NCBI GenBank assembly: GCA_016183325.1 | Contig: JACPEV010000009.1 | Span: forward strand, 1,303-65,302 | Length of the DNA: 64,000 nt | Source of the DNA: Candidatus Curtissbacteria bacterium | GTDB lineage: Bacteria > Patescibacteriota > Microgenomatia > Curtissbacterales > GWA2-41-24 | Direction: 5' to 3' | Shown here: one piece after another, positions 9,168 to 19,430 of the stretch | Numbering within the stretch: the stretch's first letter is position 1 | Layout of the letters: the number at the start of each line of letters is the position of its first letter | Position numbers and translations under genes: made by a program | Notes under the pieces: generated by a model | What the model was told of the DNA's origin: nothing | Database searches by the model: none | The model's input: only the letters and a program-made list of their open reading frames with translations

Positions 9168-9542
9168 ATGGATCCAGTTGCTGACATGCTGACTATTATC
9201 AAAAATGGATATATGGCTAAAAAACCAGAAGTTTTTGTGACATATTCCAAGTTTAAACTTGCCATAGCAAGTATTTTGGAAAAAGAAGAATTTATTGGCA
9301 AGGTAGAAAAACAAGATGCCAAAATTAAAATTAGCCTCTTGTATCAAAATCAAAAACCCAAAGTTACACAGATCAAGAGAATTTCTAAATTGGGTCTTAG
9401 GATTTATACCAGAAGCAAAAACATAAAAAATATTAAAGGTGGAAAAGGTTTAGTCATTGTCTCAACATCCCAAGGCGTCATGAATGCAAAAGAAGCAAAA
9501 TCAAAAAATCTGGGAGGAGAGATCATCTGCCAATTATGGTAG
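9168..9542 (+). CDS. rpsH: 30S ribosomal protein S8
   Basis: MDPVADMLTIIKNG... S8. Confidence 0.9.
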   Translation: MDPVADMLTIIKNGYMAKKPEVFVTYSKFKLAIASILEKEEFIGKVEKQDAKIKISLLYQNQKPKVTQIKRISKLGLRIYTRSKNIKNIKGGKGLVIVSTSQGVMNAKEAKSKNLGGEIICQLW

Positions 9543-9551
9543 AAAAGACGT

Positions 9552-10103
9552 ATGTCCAAAATCGGTAATCAACCTATTTTAATTCCTAAAGATGTAAAAG
9601 TGATCGTCAATGATTCACAGGTGAGTGTTAGCGGTCCCAAAGGTGATTTAACTTTTCACCTTCATAATCAGGTTTCAGTAAAAGTAGAAGATGACAAAAT
9701 GAAAATTATTAGAATATCTGAAAGTAAATTCGCAAAATCTCTTCACGGTTTAACCAGAAGTCTTATTGCCAATATGGTGAAGGGAGTAACTGAAGGTCAC
9801 CAAAAAACTTTAGAATTAGTTGGTGTTGGTTATAGAGCCGCCAAACAAGGTGAAAATTTAACTCTAAGCGTGGGTTATTCGCATCCTGTTGTTATAGAAC
9901 ACATCCCAGGAATTCAAATTGAAACAAAAGAAAATAAAATCACTGTTTCGGGAATTGATAAAGCTCTTGTTGGTGAAGTGGCTGCCAAAATTAGAAGAGT
10001 TAGACCGCCCGAGCCTTATAAAGGTAAAGGGATTAAATATGTTGAAGAAATTATTAAGCGTAAGGCTGGTAAAACTGTTAAAACTGCCCAGGGTGCAATA
10101 TGA
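9552..10103 (+). CDS. rplF: 50S ribosomal protein L6
   Basis: L6 sequence and position. Confidence 0.9.
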   Translation: MSKIGNQPILIPKDVKVIVNDSQVSVSGPKGDLTFHLHNQVSVKVEDDKMKIIRISESKFAKSLHGLTRSLIANMVKGVTEGHQKTLELVGVGYRAAKQGENLTLSVGYSHPVVIEHIPGIQIETKENKITVSGIDKALVGEVAAKIRRVRPPEPYKGKGIKYVEEIIKRKAGKTVKTAQGAI

Positions 10104-10456
10104 AAAACGTCAAACTATCTCATAGAAAAATAAGACACCAAAGACTGAGAAAAAAAATTACAGGGAACTCTCAAGTTCCCAGACTTGTAGTCTTTCGTTC
10201 TAATAAACATATTTACGCTCAAATTATCGATGATACCCAAGGGAAAACTTTAATTGCCACCACCGATCTTTCAAAGCCAAAAAAAGTGGGAAAAATCACC
10301 AAAATTGAGAAATCGTTTCAAGCAGGAGAAAATTTAGCTAAAGCTGCCATCAAAAAAAATATTAAAAAAGTTGTTTTTGACAGGGCCGGTTATCACTTTC
10401 ATGGTAGAGTTAAATCTCTGGCCGAAGGGGCCCGAAAAGGAGGACTGCTTTTTTAA
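10100..10456 (+). CDS. rplR: 50S ribosomal protein L18
   Basis: L18 sequence and position. Confidence 0.9.
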   Translation: MKNVKLSHRKIRHQRLRKKITGNSQVPRLVVFRSNKHIYAQIIDDTQGKTLIATTDLSKPKKVGKITKIEKSFQAGENLAKAAIKKNIKKVVFDRAGYHFHGRVKSLAEGARKGGLLF

Positions 10457-10915
10457 ATGTACCAGCAAAATTTTCAATCATCACAAATTAAAGAATTTGA
10501 AGAAAAAGTCGTTCAGGTTAATCGTATTTCAAAAAAAACCACCGGGGGCAATAAATTTGGTTTTTCAACTATTGTAGTTGTCGGAGACAAAAAAGGAAGA
10601 GTTGGTGTTGGTTTAGGTAAAGCTCCCGATGTTGCTTCAGCCATTAGAAAAGGCGCCAGTTACGCCAAAAAGCATTTGATTACAGTTCCTATCGTCAAGG
10701 GCACTATCCCCTACGATATTTTAATCAAAAGAGGTGCCGCCAGAGTACTTTTAAAACCAGCAAGAGAAGGATCTGGAATTATTGCTGGTGGCGCTGTTCG
10801 GGCAGTTGTCGAAGCAGCTGGTATCAGAAACATTTCAAGTAAAGTCCTGGGAACCAAAAATCAAGCTTCAAATGTATATGCCACTCTAGAAGCATTAAGA
10901 AGTCTTAAAACATGA
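10457..10915 (+). CDS. rpsE: 30S ribosomal protein S5
   Basis: ...GGNKFGFSTIVVVGDKKGRVGVGLGKA... S5; followed directly by rplO with no L30 gene. Confidence 0.95.
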   Translation: MYQQNFQSSQIKEFEEKVVQVNRISKKTTGGNKFGFSTIVVVGDKKGRVGVGLGKAPDVASAIRKGASYAKKHLITVPIVKGTIPYDILIKRGAARVLLKPAREGSGIIAGGAVRAVVEAAGIRNISSKVLGTKNQASNVYATLEALRSLKT

Positions 10916-11364
10916 AACTTAACACTTTACCAAAAATAGTTGAAAGATCATCAAAAAGAGTCGGACGGGGTCCCGGATCAGGTAGAGGAAAAACTTCTGG
11001 TCGCGGTACCAAGGGCCAAAATGCCAGAAACAAACTGCCGATCACCCATGCACACTTTGAGGGAGGTCAAAGACCCCTGTTTAAAAGACTTCCTTATAAA
11101 AGAGGTAAAGGTAATCCCAAAATTTCTAAAAAGCCAATTATTGTCAATTTAGAAGTACTCAATCTTCTACCCAAAACTATTTCCAATATTGATCTCGATA
11201 CTCTTGCCAAATTTGGCATTGTTAAAGCCCAGGACGCCAAAAGTTACGGAGTCAAGATTTTAGGCGATGGCAATTTACAAAGACCCATGGTTATAAATCT
11301 TCCAACTTCCAAAAGTGCTGCTCAAAAAATCGCCAAATCCGGCGGCAAGGTAATTAAGTCATGA
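10912..11364 (+). CDS. rplO: 50S ribosomal protein L15
   Basis: ...[21 protein letters not shown]... L15. Confidence 0.9.
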   Translation: MKLNTLPKIVERSSKRVGRGPGSGRGKTSGRGTKGQNARNKLPITHAHFEGGQRPLFKRLPYKRGKGNPKISKKPIIVNLEVLNLLPKTISNIDLDTLAKFGIVKAQDAKSYGVKILGDGNLQRPMVINLPTSKSAAQKIAKSGGKVIKS

Positions 11365-12644
11365 ACAGTTATCTACAAATATTACTCAAAGTTTTTAAAG
11401 TTAAAGACTTAAGAAGGAAAATTCTTTTCAGTGCTCTTATCTTTCTAGTTTTTAGAATTTTTGCTCATGTGCCTGTTCCAGGTGTGGATCTCGAATCTTT
11501 AAGAAGGTTATTTCAAGAAAGCCAACTTTTGTCTCTACTGGATCTCTTTTCGGGCGGTACTCTCGCAAACTTTTCAGTTATGTCACTGGGACTTAACCCC
11601 TATATTAATGCCAGCATTATTATGCAACTGCTGCAATTAGTTTTTCCCAAACTGGAGGAGTTAGCCAAAGAAGGAGAATCCGGTCGCGAAAAAATCAATC
11701 AATATACTCGTTACTTAACTGTACCTTTAACTGTTATCCAAGCTTTTGGAATGTACATATTACTTCAAAATTCCCAAATTATTAATCAAGTTACTCCCAT
11801 AACTCTTATTTCCATTGTTATGTCTATGACAGCGGGCACTATACTCCTGATGTGGTTAGGTGAACTTATTTCCGAAAAAGGCATCGGTAATGGCATTTCC
11901 ATGGTAATCTTTGCGGGTATAGTCGGCAGGCTCCCCGTAGGGCTGGCCCAGACAGTTTCAATTCTAGACCCTTCGCAAATTAGAAATATTCTAATTTTTA
12001 TCGCTATGGCCCTGATTGTAATTGTTTCAATTGTCACTGTTACAGAAGCAAGACGTCCAATTCAGATTCAATACGCCAGACGGGGGGAAAACCCAACCGG
12101 CCCTACAAGCTATATTCCATTGCGAGTTAATCAGGCCGGAGTAATTCCTATCATTTTTGCAGTTTCGCTAATCCTTCTTCCCACAACTTTTGCTAGATTT
12201 TTTGAAACTTCTCCAAATGTTGCCATTGCCAATATTGCCCAAAATGTTCAAAGAATCTTTAATCCTGAAGGAATTTTGTACAACTTAAATTACTTTTTGT
12301 TAGTAGTTGCCTTTACTTACTTTTACACCACAGTCGCTTTTAATACCAAACAATTATCCGAGATGCTCATGAAACAAGGGGGTTTTATTTCAGGTATAAG
12401 ACCGGGATCACCGACTAAATCTTTTCTGGATTATGTCTCTCTTAGAGTGACCTTATTTGGCGCAATTTTTTTGGGATTAATTGCCATACTGCCCTCTATT
12501 GGCCAAAGCCTAACCGGAGTAACCACTCTTTTAATTGGCGGTACAGGTCTTTTGATCGTGGTTTCAGTCGTACTTGAGACGACTAAACAAATTGAATCTC
12601 ACCTAGTTATGAAAGACTACGATACCTTTTTGAGAAAAAGATAA
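11361..12644 (+). CDS. secY: Preprotein translocase SecY
   Basis: 427-aa polytopic protein with SecY motifs at the canonical position. Confidence 0.9.
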   Translation: MNSYLQILLKVFKVKDLRRKILFSALIFLVFRIFAHVPVPGVDLESLRRLFQESQLLSLLDLFSGGTLANFSVMSLGLNPYINASIIMQLLQLVFPKLEELAKEGESGREKINQYTRYLTVPLTVIQAFGMYILLQNSQIINQVTPITLISIVMSMTAGTILLMWLGELISEKGIGNGISMVIFAGIVGRLPVGLAQTVSILDPSQIRNILIFIAMALIVIVSIVTVTEARRPIQIQYARRGENPTGPTSYIPLRVNQAGVIPIIFAVSLILLPTTFARFFETSPNVAIANIAQNVQRIFNPEGILYNLNYFLLVVAFTYFYTTVAFNTKQLSEMLMKQGGFISGIRPGSPTKSFLDYVSLRVTLFGAIFLGLIAILPSIGQSLTGVTTLLIGGTGLLIVVSVVLETTKQIESHLVMKDYDTFLRKR

Positions 12645-12647
12645 ATT

Positions 12648-13211
12648 ATGAAGTTAATATTTTTAGGCAGTCAAGGTTCCGGCAAGTCTACACAGGCAAA
12701 AATGCTTGCCCAGAAACTGGGCATACCCGCCATCGAAATGGGCCAGCTTTTACGAGAAAAGGCCAAGAAAAATGATATAGAAGCAGGAGAAATTAGGCAA
12801 GCTATTCAGACGGGTAATCTCGTCCCAGACGTCATTACTGTAAGAACTTTACAGGAAAGAATTTCACGCCCCGATTGCCAAAGCGGCTATGTTCTGGATG
12901 GTTACCCTAGAAACTATGCTCAGCTCGAAGGCTTAGATGACGACATAGATGTTGTTTTCGATATCAAAGTCTCCGATCAAGAAGGGATTAAAAGACTAAT
13001 CGATCGTTCTCGACATGACGACAGTCTAGAAGTTATTACCAGAAGGTTAGCCATTTTTCATAAAGAAACTGAACCGTTACTAGCTTACTTTAGAAATAAA
13101 GGGATTCTTGAAGAGGTAGATGGCGCAAGAAGTATCGAAGAAATTCACCAGGATGTTGTTAAAAGAATCGAAAAATATAAAACAAAGGACCATGCAAACA
13201 GTAAAATCTAA
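12648..13211 (+). CDS. adk: Adenylate kinase
   Basis: GSQGSGKSTQAK P-loop; canonical position after secY. Confidence 0.9.
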   Translation: MKLIFLGSQGSGKSTQAKMLAQKLGIPAIEMGQLLREKAKKNDIEAGEIRQAIQTGNLVPDVITVRTLQERISRPDCQSGYVLDGYPRNYAQLEGLDDDIDVVFDIKVSDQEGIKRLIDRSRHDDSLEVITRRLAIFHKETEPLLAYFRNKGILEEVDGARSIEEIHQDVVKRIEKYKTKDHANSKI

Positions 13212-13941
13212 AAAGGAGATTGAACTGATGAAAATTTCTGGAAAAATCTGCGCAGAAGCTTTAAAAAAGGTAATCGAGAATATTAAAGTAGGAGTTAGCG
13301 GTAAATATTTAGATGAAATTGCCGCCTACGAAATTAAAAAAAGAAAAGCCAGCCCGTCTTTTGTAACTGTGGGCGATTATAAGTGGACAATTTGCACAAC
13401 TATTAATAATCAAGTAGTTCATGGGATACCAAGCGACAGAATTTTAAAAAACGCTGATATTTTGGGAATTGATATCGGAGCGATCTATAAAGGTTATCAC
13501 AGTGATATGGCCATCTCGCTTGGCGTGGGTCAAATTACAGAAAGTGCCAAGCGATTTTTAGAGGTAGGGCAACAGACTTTAAAAGCCGCCATCAAACAAG
13601 CCAGAGTCGGTCAAAAAATTGGCGATATTTCCCAGACTATCCAGCATGGTGTTGAGGCCGTCGGCTATTCAGTCGTTAAAAGCCTAACGGGTCACGGAAT
13701 CGGCCGTCAGCTTCATGAAGATCCAATGGTCCCATGTTTTGGCAAAAAAAATACCGGTCAAAAAATCCTAGAAAATATGGTATTGGCAATCGAGGTCATT
13801 TACGCACAAGGTTCGGGAGAGGTTAAATTGGAAAAAGATGGATGGACCATCTCCACAGTTGATGGGTCACTCGGAGGACTATTTGAACAGACCGTCGCTG
13901 TCACTAAAAACGGCCCTATAGTCTTGACGCCCTACCTATGA
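13192..13941 (+). CDS. map: Methionine aminopeptidase type I
   Basis: N-terminus KSKKEIELMKISGKICAEAL aligns to the MAP start; overlaps the adk end by 20 nt. Confidence 0.85.
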   Translation: MQTVKSKKEIELMKISGKICAEALKKVIENIKVGVSGKYLDEIAAYEIKKRKASPSFVTVGDYKWTICTTINNQVVHGIPSDRILKNADILGIDIGAIYKGYHSDMAISLGVGQITESAKRFLEVGQQTLKAAIKQARVGQKIGDISQTIQHGVEAVGYSVVKSLTGHGIGRQLHEDPMVPCFGKKNTGQKILENMVLAIEVIYAQGSGEVKLEKDGWTISTVDGSLGGLFEQTVAVTKNGPIVLTPYL

Positions 13942-14076
13942 GCCTGTTACAATATTCGAATGTTTACGAATGAGAATAATCCGAATAAATCCGAATATTC
14001 AGTTACGAGTTTGAAATTGTACCCCATTGTCACATTAGGATAAATTCGGACTATTACTATTCGGATATATTAGAAT

Positions 14077-14319
14077 ATGTTAAAACCCGGCGTAATTGAA
14101 GTTGAAGGTGAAGTCACAGAGGCCCTGCCAAATACAATGTTTCGAGTGGCCGTAGCACCCGGTCAGCTCCCAAGTATTGAAGAGCAAAAAATTGTTCTAT
14201 GTCACCTCTCTGGTAAAATGCGCATTAACTATGTCCGCATATTGCCCGGAGACAAAGTCAGAGTTGAAATGACACCTTACGATTTAACCAAAGGAAGGAT
14301 AACCTTTAGATATAGATGA
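14077..14319 (+). CDS. infA: Translation initiation factor IF-1 (with ~9-aa insertion)
   Basis: ...[18 protein letters not shown]...[36 protein letters not shown]. Confidence 0.9.
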   Translation: MLKPGVIEVEGEVTEALPNTMFRVAVAPGQLPSIEEQKIVLCHLSGKMRINYVRILPGDKVRVEMTPYDLTKGRITFRYR

Positions 14320-14320
14320 T

Positions 14321-14434
14321 ATGAAAGTACAAGCTTCAATAAAGAAACGTTGCATAAACTGCAAAATTATAAAAAGAAAGGGGAGACTGTACGTTATTTG
14401 TACCAATCCCCGTCATAAACAACGACAAGGATGA
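14321..14434 (+). CDS. rpmJ: 50S ribosomal protein L36 (37 aa; absent from the ORF track)
   Basis: Manual translation [37 protein letters not shown]. Confidence 0.85.
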   Translation: MKVQASIKKRCINCKIIKRKGRLYVICTNPRHKQRQG

Positions 14435-14444
14435 TAGTTAATTT

Positions 14445-14504
14445 AAAAATCAAATATACCAAAGCGTATTTTCGATAAATCGAAAAGCAAAAATCAAAAT
14501 GACA
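14445..14504. repeat. 62-nt dispersed repeat, copy 3
   Basis: Near-identical to 6589-6648; followed by ttccattttccattttcaattttcca. Confidence 0.7.
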
Positions 14505-14565
14505 AGCAAAAACTTTCCATTTTCCATTTTCAATTTTCCATTAACTGCGACTGAAAGGAGCTATT

Positions 14566-14988
14566 GTGGCTAGAATCGCAGGAGTAGATTTGCCAAACGA
14601 AAAAAGAATTGAAGCCGCCTTGCCCTATATTTTTGGTATTGGCCCGACGCTGGCCAAAAAAATAATCGTTGATGCCAATATCGATCCTAATAAAAGAACT
14701 AAAAATTTATCAGAAGAAGAACTCGGCAAACTTCAGAGGAAAGTTGAAGAATACAGGGTAGAAGGGGATTTAAGACGCGAAATTCAGGGAAATATTAAAA
14801 GATTGCAAGAAATTGGGTCTTATAGAGGCATAAGACACGCCAAAAACCTGCCCGCCCGCGGCCAAAGAACAAGGACAAATGCCAGAACCAAAAGAGGCAA
14901 AAGAATAACTATCGGTACCATTAGAAAAGACGTTGTTCAAAAGACAGAAACTACACCAGCCAGAGAGCCAGCAGGGGAGAAAAAGTAG
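14566..14988 (+). CDS. rpsM: 30S ribosomal protein S13 (GTG start)
   Basis: [26 protein letters not shown]... S13. Confidence 0.9.
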   Translation: MARIAGVDLPNEKRIEAALPYIFGIGPTLAKKIIVDANIDPNKRTKNLSEEELGKLQRKVEEYRVEGDLRREIQGNIKRLQEIGSYRGIRHAKNLPARGQRTRTNARTKRGKRITIGTIRKDVVQKTETTPAREPAGEKK

Positions 14989-15384
14989 ATGGCAAAAAAT
15001 ACCAAAAAGCCTAAGAAAAATACTGAAGAAAAGGTAATCTCAGGTCGTGGACGGGCCTATGTTACCGCAACTTTTAACAACACACTTGTAACCATAACTG
15101 ACACAATTGGCAACACTCTCGTATGGGGATCAGCTGGCGCCGCCGGATTTAAGGGTGCCAGAAAATCGACCCCTTACGCCGCTACAACTGCTGTCGAGCA
15201 AGTAGCCAGACGTGCAAAACAAAAAGGTATAGAAAGTATAGAGGTCTACATAAAAGGTCCAGGACCGGGAAGGGACGGAGCAATTCGTGCGTTTAAGTCA
15301 GCAGGAATCGATATTGCAATGATTGCCGACGTCACGCCAATTCCTCACAATGGTCCGAGAGCCAGTAAAAGGAGACGCGTATAA
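14989..15384 (+). CDS. rpsK: 30S ribosomal protein S11
   Basis: S11 sequence and position. Confidence 0.9.
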   Translation: MAKNTKKPKKNTEEKVISGRGRAYVTATFNNTLVTITDTIGNTLVWGSAGAAGFKGARKSTPYAATTAVEQVARRAKQKGIESIEVYIKGPGPGRDGAIRAFKSAGIDIAMIADVTPIPHNGPRASKRRRV

Positions 15385-15992
15385 TGGCACGTTATACAGG
15401 ACCAAAACATAAACTCTGTCGAGCAGAAGGTGTTGCACTTTGTGGATCACCTAAATGTCCTGTCATTAGAAAAAACGCTGGACCACCGGGACAACATGGT
15501 CAAAAGGGTCGAAGAAAACCTTCAGAATATAGAGTCCAACTTAGAGAAAAGCAAAAGGTTAAAAGGATGTACGGAGTTTTAGAAAGACAATTTAAAAAAT
15601 ATTACACAAATGCTGCTGCAAGTTCGAAAGCCACGGGCGAAGCCCTTCTGGCAATTTTAGAAACTAGACTTGATAATGTTATCTATAAATTAAATTTAGC
15701 CAAAAGCCTTTCACAAGCAAGACAATTAGTTTCTCATGGCCATGTATTTGTCAATAATAAAAAAGTGACTATTCCTTCTTATAATGTTAAAATTGGCGAT
15801 ATTATTTCGCTGTCGGCAAAAGCTTCAAACTTTGATTTCATCCAAAAATTACAAGAAGAGACAAAAAACGAAAAATTACCTGTTTGGCTGGCTAAAAAAG
15901 CAACTGTAGGCAAAATTGTAAGTTCGCCAAAACGTGAAGATTTAACTACCGATGTCAACGAGAAACTAATCGTGGAATACTATTCTAGATAA
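15384..15992 (+). CDS. rpsD: 30S ribosomal protein S4
   Basis: [26 protein letters not shown]... S4. Confidence 0.9.
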   Translation: MARYTGPKHKLCRAEGVALCGSPKCPVIRKNAGPPGQHGQKGRRKPSEYRVQLREKQKVKRMYGVLERQFKKYYTNAAASSKATGEALLAILETRLDNVIYKLNLAKSLSQARQLVSHGHVFVNNKKVTIPSYNVKIGDIISLSAKASNFDFIQKLQEETKNEKLPVWLAKKATVGKIVSSPKREDLTTDVNEKLIVEYYSR

Positions 15993-16068
15993 TATGGAAA
16001 AAAATAAGGAAGAGGAATACTAAGGGGAAACCGAAAGTGTCCCCTTAGATTTAAAGGAGGTGAAATAA

Positions 16069-16989
16069 ATGCTCGATTTATCACAAGTTGAAGTCGAAAC
16101 AGAAAAAGAAACTGCTGATTTTGGTAGATTTGTAATCAAGCCACTAGATCAAGGCTATGGCCATACCATTGGCAATACTTTACGACGGGTTCTTTTGACA
16201 TCAATTCCGGGGGCAGCTATTACTCAAGTTAAAATTGCTCAAGTTCGACACCAGTTCTCATCTGTCCCAGGTATGTCCGAAGATGTAGTTGAGTTGATTT
16301 TGAATCTCAAAAAAATTAGATTAAAAATTTCAAGCGACAAACCAGTTAAATTGCTCTTAGATCAAAAAGGCCCAAAAATTGTTTTAGCAAAAGACATAGA
16401 GAAAGCAGCAGGGGTTGAAATCGTCAATGATGATCTTGTTTTAGCTCACCTTTCGGACGCGAAATCTAAATTAAGCGCCCGACTAGTTGCCGAAAATGGC
16501 ACTGGTTACTCGCTGGCAGATGAAAGAAAAACTGGCGAAATAGGTGTTATTCCAATTGATGCAAATTTTTCATCGGTTGTTCGAGTTAACTACAAAGTAG
16601 AAGCGACACGCGTCGGTAGATTGACGAGTTATGACAAATTAACGATTGAAATCACTACTGATAAAACGATTAAATCATCAGAAGCCCTAAAAAAAGCGGC
16701 TAAAATTTTAGTCGATCATTTTATGACAGTCTATCAACCGCAAACTGGTGGTGTTAAAAAGACTAAAGTTGACCAAAGTCCGCCAAGCGAGGATGTCCTT
16801 AAAACTTCTCTGGAAGAATTAGATTTACCGGTACGCCTTACTAACAGTCTCAAATCTGGGAAAATTGAAACTATCGGGGATTTTTTACAAAAAGACAGAA
16901 AAGACCTTCTAAAGATGAAGAATATGGGACCAAAATCAGTAAGCCTAGTTGAAGAGAAGCTTTTAGAAAAGGGGATTAAAATAAAGTGA
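16069..16989 (+). CDS. rpoA: DNA-directed RNA polymerase subunit alpha
   Basis: 306 aa, RpoA N- and C-terminal domains, canonical position. Confidence 0.9.
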   Translation: MLDLSQVEVETEKETADFGRFVIKPLDQGYGHTIGNTLRRVLLTSIPGAAITQVKIAQVRHQFSSVPGMSEDVVELILNLKKIRLKISSDKPVKLLLDQKGPKIVLAKDIEKAAGVEIVNDDLVLAHLSDAKSKLSARLVAENGTGYSLADERKTGEIGVIPIDANFSSVVRVNYKVEATRVGRLTSYDKLTIEITTDKTIKSSEALKKAAKILVDHFMTVYQPQTGGVKKTKVDQSPPSEDVLKTSLEELDLPVRLTNSLKSGKIETIGDFLQKDRKDLLKMKNMGPKSVSLVEEKLLEKGIKIK

Positions 16990-17480
16990 AACACAAAGTA
17001 TCAGGCCAAAAACTAGGGCGCGACACCAGCGGTAGAAAAGCCTTGTTAAGAAATTTGGCAAGTGAACTTGTTGCAAAAGGCGCAATTATTACAACCTTAG
17101 CAAAGGCTAAATTTGCGCGCCCTTACATAGAAAAACTTGTAACTTCAGCAAAGATTAATCGGCTCACGAAACACAGAAGTCTCGAATCGCGACTTACACA
17201 CCAAGCATTTATTAGACTCCAAAGTGAAATTGGCCCCGGTTTTAGAAGTAGGGCTGGAGGTTACACCAGAATTATAAAATTAGGCATCAGAAAAGGTGAC
17301 GCTGCTCCGCTTGCAAGACTGGAGTTTCTGCAATGGGAAAAGACCCCAACCGCTAAAGTGCAAAAGTCACCAAGAAAAACCATCAATCGGCGTAAATCCG
17401 CTATAAACTTGTCCCGAGCGCCACTAGTGAGCGAAGTCGAACTGAAGTCGAGGAATCAGCGCTCATCTGCGAAATTATGA
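16986..17480 (+). CDS. rplQ: 50S ribosomal protein L17 with C-terminal extension (GTG start)
   Basis: L17 core; basic tail ...KVQKSPRKTINRRKSAINLSRAPLVSEVELKSRNQRSSAKL. Confidence 0.85.
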   Translation: MKHKVSGQKLGRDTSGRKALLRNLASELVAKGAIITTLAKAKFARPYIEKLVTSAKINRLTKHRSLESRLTHQAFIRLQSEIGPGFRSRAGGYTRIIKLGIRKGDAAPLARLEFLQWEKTPTAKVQKSPRKTINRRKSAINLSRAPLVSEVELKSRNQRSSAKL

Positions 17481-17974
17481 AAAACGTTAAACCAAAAGAT
17501 ATAAAGCGAAATTGGCATTTACTTGATGCCAAAAATAAGATTTTAGGCAGACTTGCCTCAGAAATCTCTCTAATTTTAATGGGTAAAAACAAAAGTTATT
17601 ACACACCATATTTAGACACAGGAGACTATGTAGTTGTCATCAATGCAAAAGAAATTGTATTTTCTGGAAAAAAAGAAAGACAAAAACAATATTGGCATCA
17701 TAGCCAATATCCAGGAGGGATGCATGTAAAATCAGTTTCAGTCCTGAGAAATAAAAAACCAGAAGAGCTAATAAGACACGCAGTTGGCGGTATGATTCCA
17801 AAAACCAAACTTGGCAAAGATATGATGAAAAAACTTTTTATTTTTTCAAATAGTAATCATCCATATCAAGACAAATTTGCAACCACTGAAAAACCAGATG
17901 AACACCCCGGGGGTGAGTCAGGATCAAAGATGCATGCTAAATCGGGACCACCCCCAGCGGTTGCAATAAAATGA
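17477..17974 (+). CDS. rplM: 50S ribosomal protein L13 with C-terminal extension containing the HPGGE palindrome
   Basis: L13 core; tail ...KPDEHPGGESGSKMHAKSGPPPAVAIK. Confidence 0.9.
   Translation: MKNVKPKDIKRNWHLLDAKNKILGRLASEISLILMGKNKSYYTPYLDTGDYVVVINAKEIVFSGKKERQKQYWHHSQYPGGMHVKSVSVLRNKKPEELIRHAVGGMIPKTKLGKDMMKKLFIFSNSNHPYQDKFATTEKPDEHPGGESGSKMHAKSGPPPAVAIK
17904..17916. repeat. In-frame palindrome caccccgggggtg in the rplM 3' end
   Basis: Identical 17-mer to 2635-2651. Confidence 0.6.
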
Positions 17975-18438
17975 AACCAGAATCCAAAAACTCTTCGAGT
18001 CTGAGCCTCGGAGTCGAAGACCTCAGAGCCGGAGGCCAGAAATCAAAAACCAGCTATATCAGTGCTCATGGGAACAGGAAACAGGCAGTTGCCAGGATTA
18101 GGTTGTTTAAAGGAAAAGGCGAGACCGTTGTCAATGAAAAACCTATCGAAACATATTTCCCACAAGAAGTTGATAAAATTGTCTGGCAAAAACCCTTTTT
18201 AGTAACTAAATCGCAAGGCCAATACTATGCCACCATTAAAGTTAGTGGCTCTGGCAAAAGGAGTCAACTAGATGCCATTGCCCTTGGTATTTCAAGAGCT
18301 CTTGTCATGCAGGAAGAAAGTTTTCGCCCAATTCTTAGAAAAGCTGGTCTTCTAACTCGCGATTCCAGAAAAAAAGAACGCCGCAAATACGGAAGAGCAC
18401 AGAAGGCACGTAAAGGGAAACAAAGCCCCAAACGATAA
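17971..18438 (+). CDS. rpsI: 30S ribosomal protein S9 with N-terminal extension
   Basis: S9 C-terminus ...RKKERRKYGRAQKARKGKQSPKR; N-terminal ~25 aa encoded by a GC-rich near-palindrome. Confidence 0.85.
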   Translation: MKPESKNSSSLSLGVEDLRAGGQKSKTSYISAHGNRKQAVARIRLFKGKGETVVNEKPIETYFPQEVDKIVWQKPFLVTKSQGQYYATIKVSGSGKRSQLDAIALGISRALVMQEESFRPILRKAGLLTRDSRKKERRKYGRAQKARKGKQSPKR

Positions 18439-18500
18439 TCTTCCGGCAATTCTCCTGATAATATTATTTAATTATTAATCGTGTGCAAGTATAATTATCT

Positions 18501-19430
18501 ATGTTGAAAGAGCCCATCCTAAAAGTTGAAAATTTGGTCAAACTTTTTGGCACGTTTCAAGCTCTCGATAGTATTTCTTTTTCCATTCCAAGAGGAAAAA
18601 TCATCGGACTTCTGGGACCAAACGGCGCGGGTAAAACCACTACAATTAATATACTTCTTGGAATTACATTGCAAAACAGCGGTTCTATTAAATATTTTGG
18701 CAAAAATTTTTCCGAAAATAGACAATTTTGCCTGCAAAAAATAAATTTCACGTCTTCGTTTAATACTCTTCAAAGCAGGATTTCTGTCCGGGAAAATTTA
18801 ATAGTTTTTGCTCATTTATACGAAGTTACAAATCCCGAAAAGAAAATAAAGGAACTCACAAGCTATTTTGAAATCGAAGATTTAATCAATCAAAAATTCA
18901 ATGATTTATCAGCAGGTCAAAAAACGCGAGTTAACATAACCAAAGCACTCATCAACGATCCGGAAATTATCTTGATGGACGAACCAACAGCTTCACTCGA
19001 CCCGGATATTGCAGATAAAACCTTGTCCCTCATCGAAGATTTAAAAAAAGATAAAAAACTCTCCATACTTTACACAAGTCATAACATGAGCGAGGTTACC
19101 AGAATTTGTGATCAAGTAATTTTTCTCGACAGAGGTAAAATTGTTGCTCAAGACACACCGTTAGGACTAACGAAACGTATCCAAAAATCCCAATTAAGAT
19201 TAACTTTCGATGGCAATAAAAATAAACTTGAGAAATATTTAAATTCCCAAAAACTTCATTTTTCATTCGCAAAAAATAATGTCGTCGTCGTAAATACTCC
19301 AGAAAAACAAATTCCAAAAATAATATTTGGAATCGCAAACGAAGGAATCTGGATTACCGATATAGAAATTAAAAAACCTACACTGGAAGATTTCTTTTTG
19401 CAAATGGCCAGAGGTAAAAATGTCGACTGA
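18501..19430 (+). CDS. ABC transporter ATP-binding protein
   Basis: Walker A GPNGAGKTT, signature LSAGQKTR, Walker B ILMDEP. Confidence 0.85.
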   Translation: MLKEPILKVENLVKLFGTFQALDSISFSIPRGKIIGLLGPNGAGKTTTINILLGITLQNSGSIKYFGKNFSENRQFCLQKINFTSSFNTLQSRISVRENLIVFAHLYEVTNPEKKIKELTSYFEIEDLINQKFNDLSAGQKTRVNITKALINDPEIILMDEPTASLDPDIADKTLSLIEDLKKDKKLSILYTSHNMSEVTRICDQVIFLDRGKIVAQDTPLGLTKRIQKSQLRLTFDGNKNKLEKYLNSQKLHFSFAKNNVVVVNTPEKQIPKIIFGIANEGIWITDIEIKKPTLEDFFLQMARGKNVD

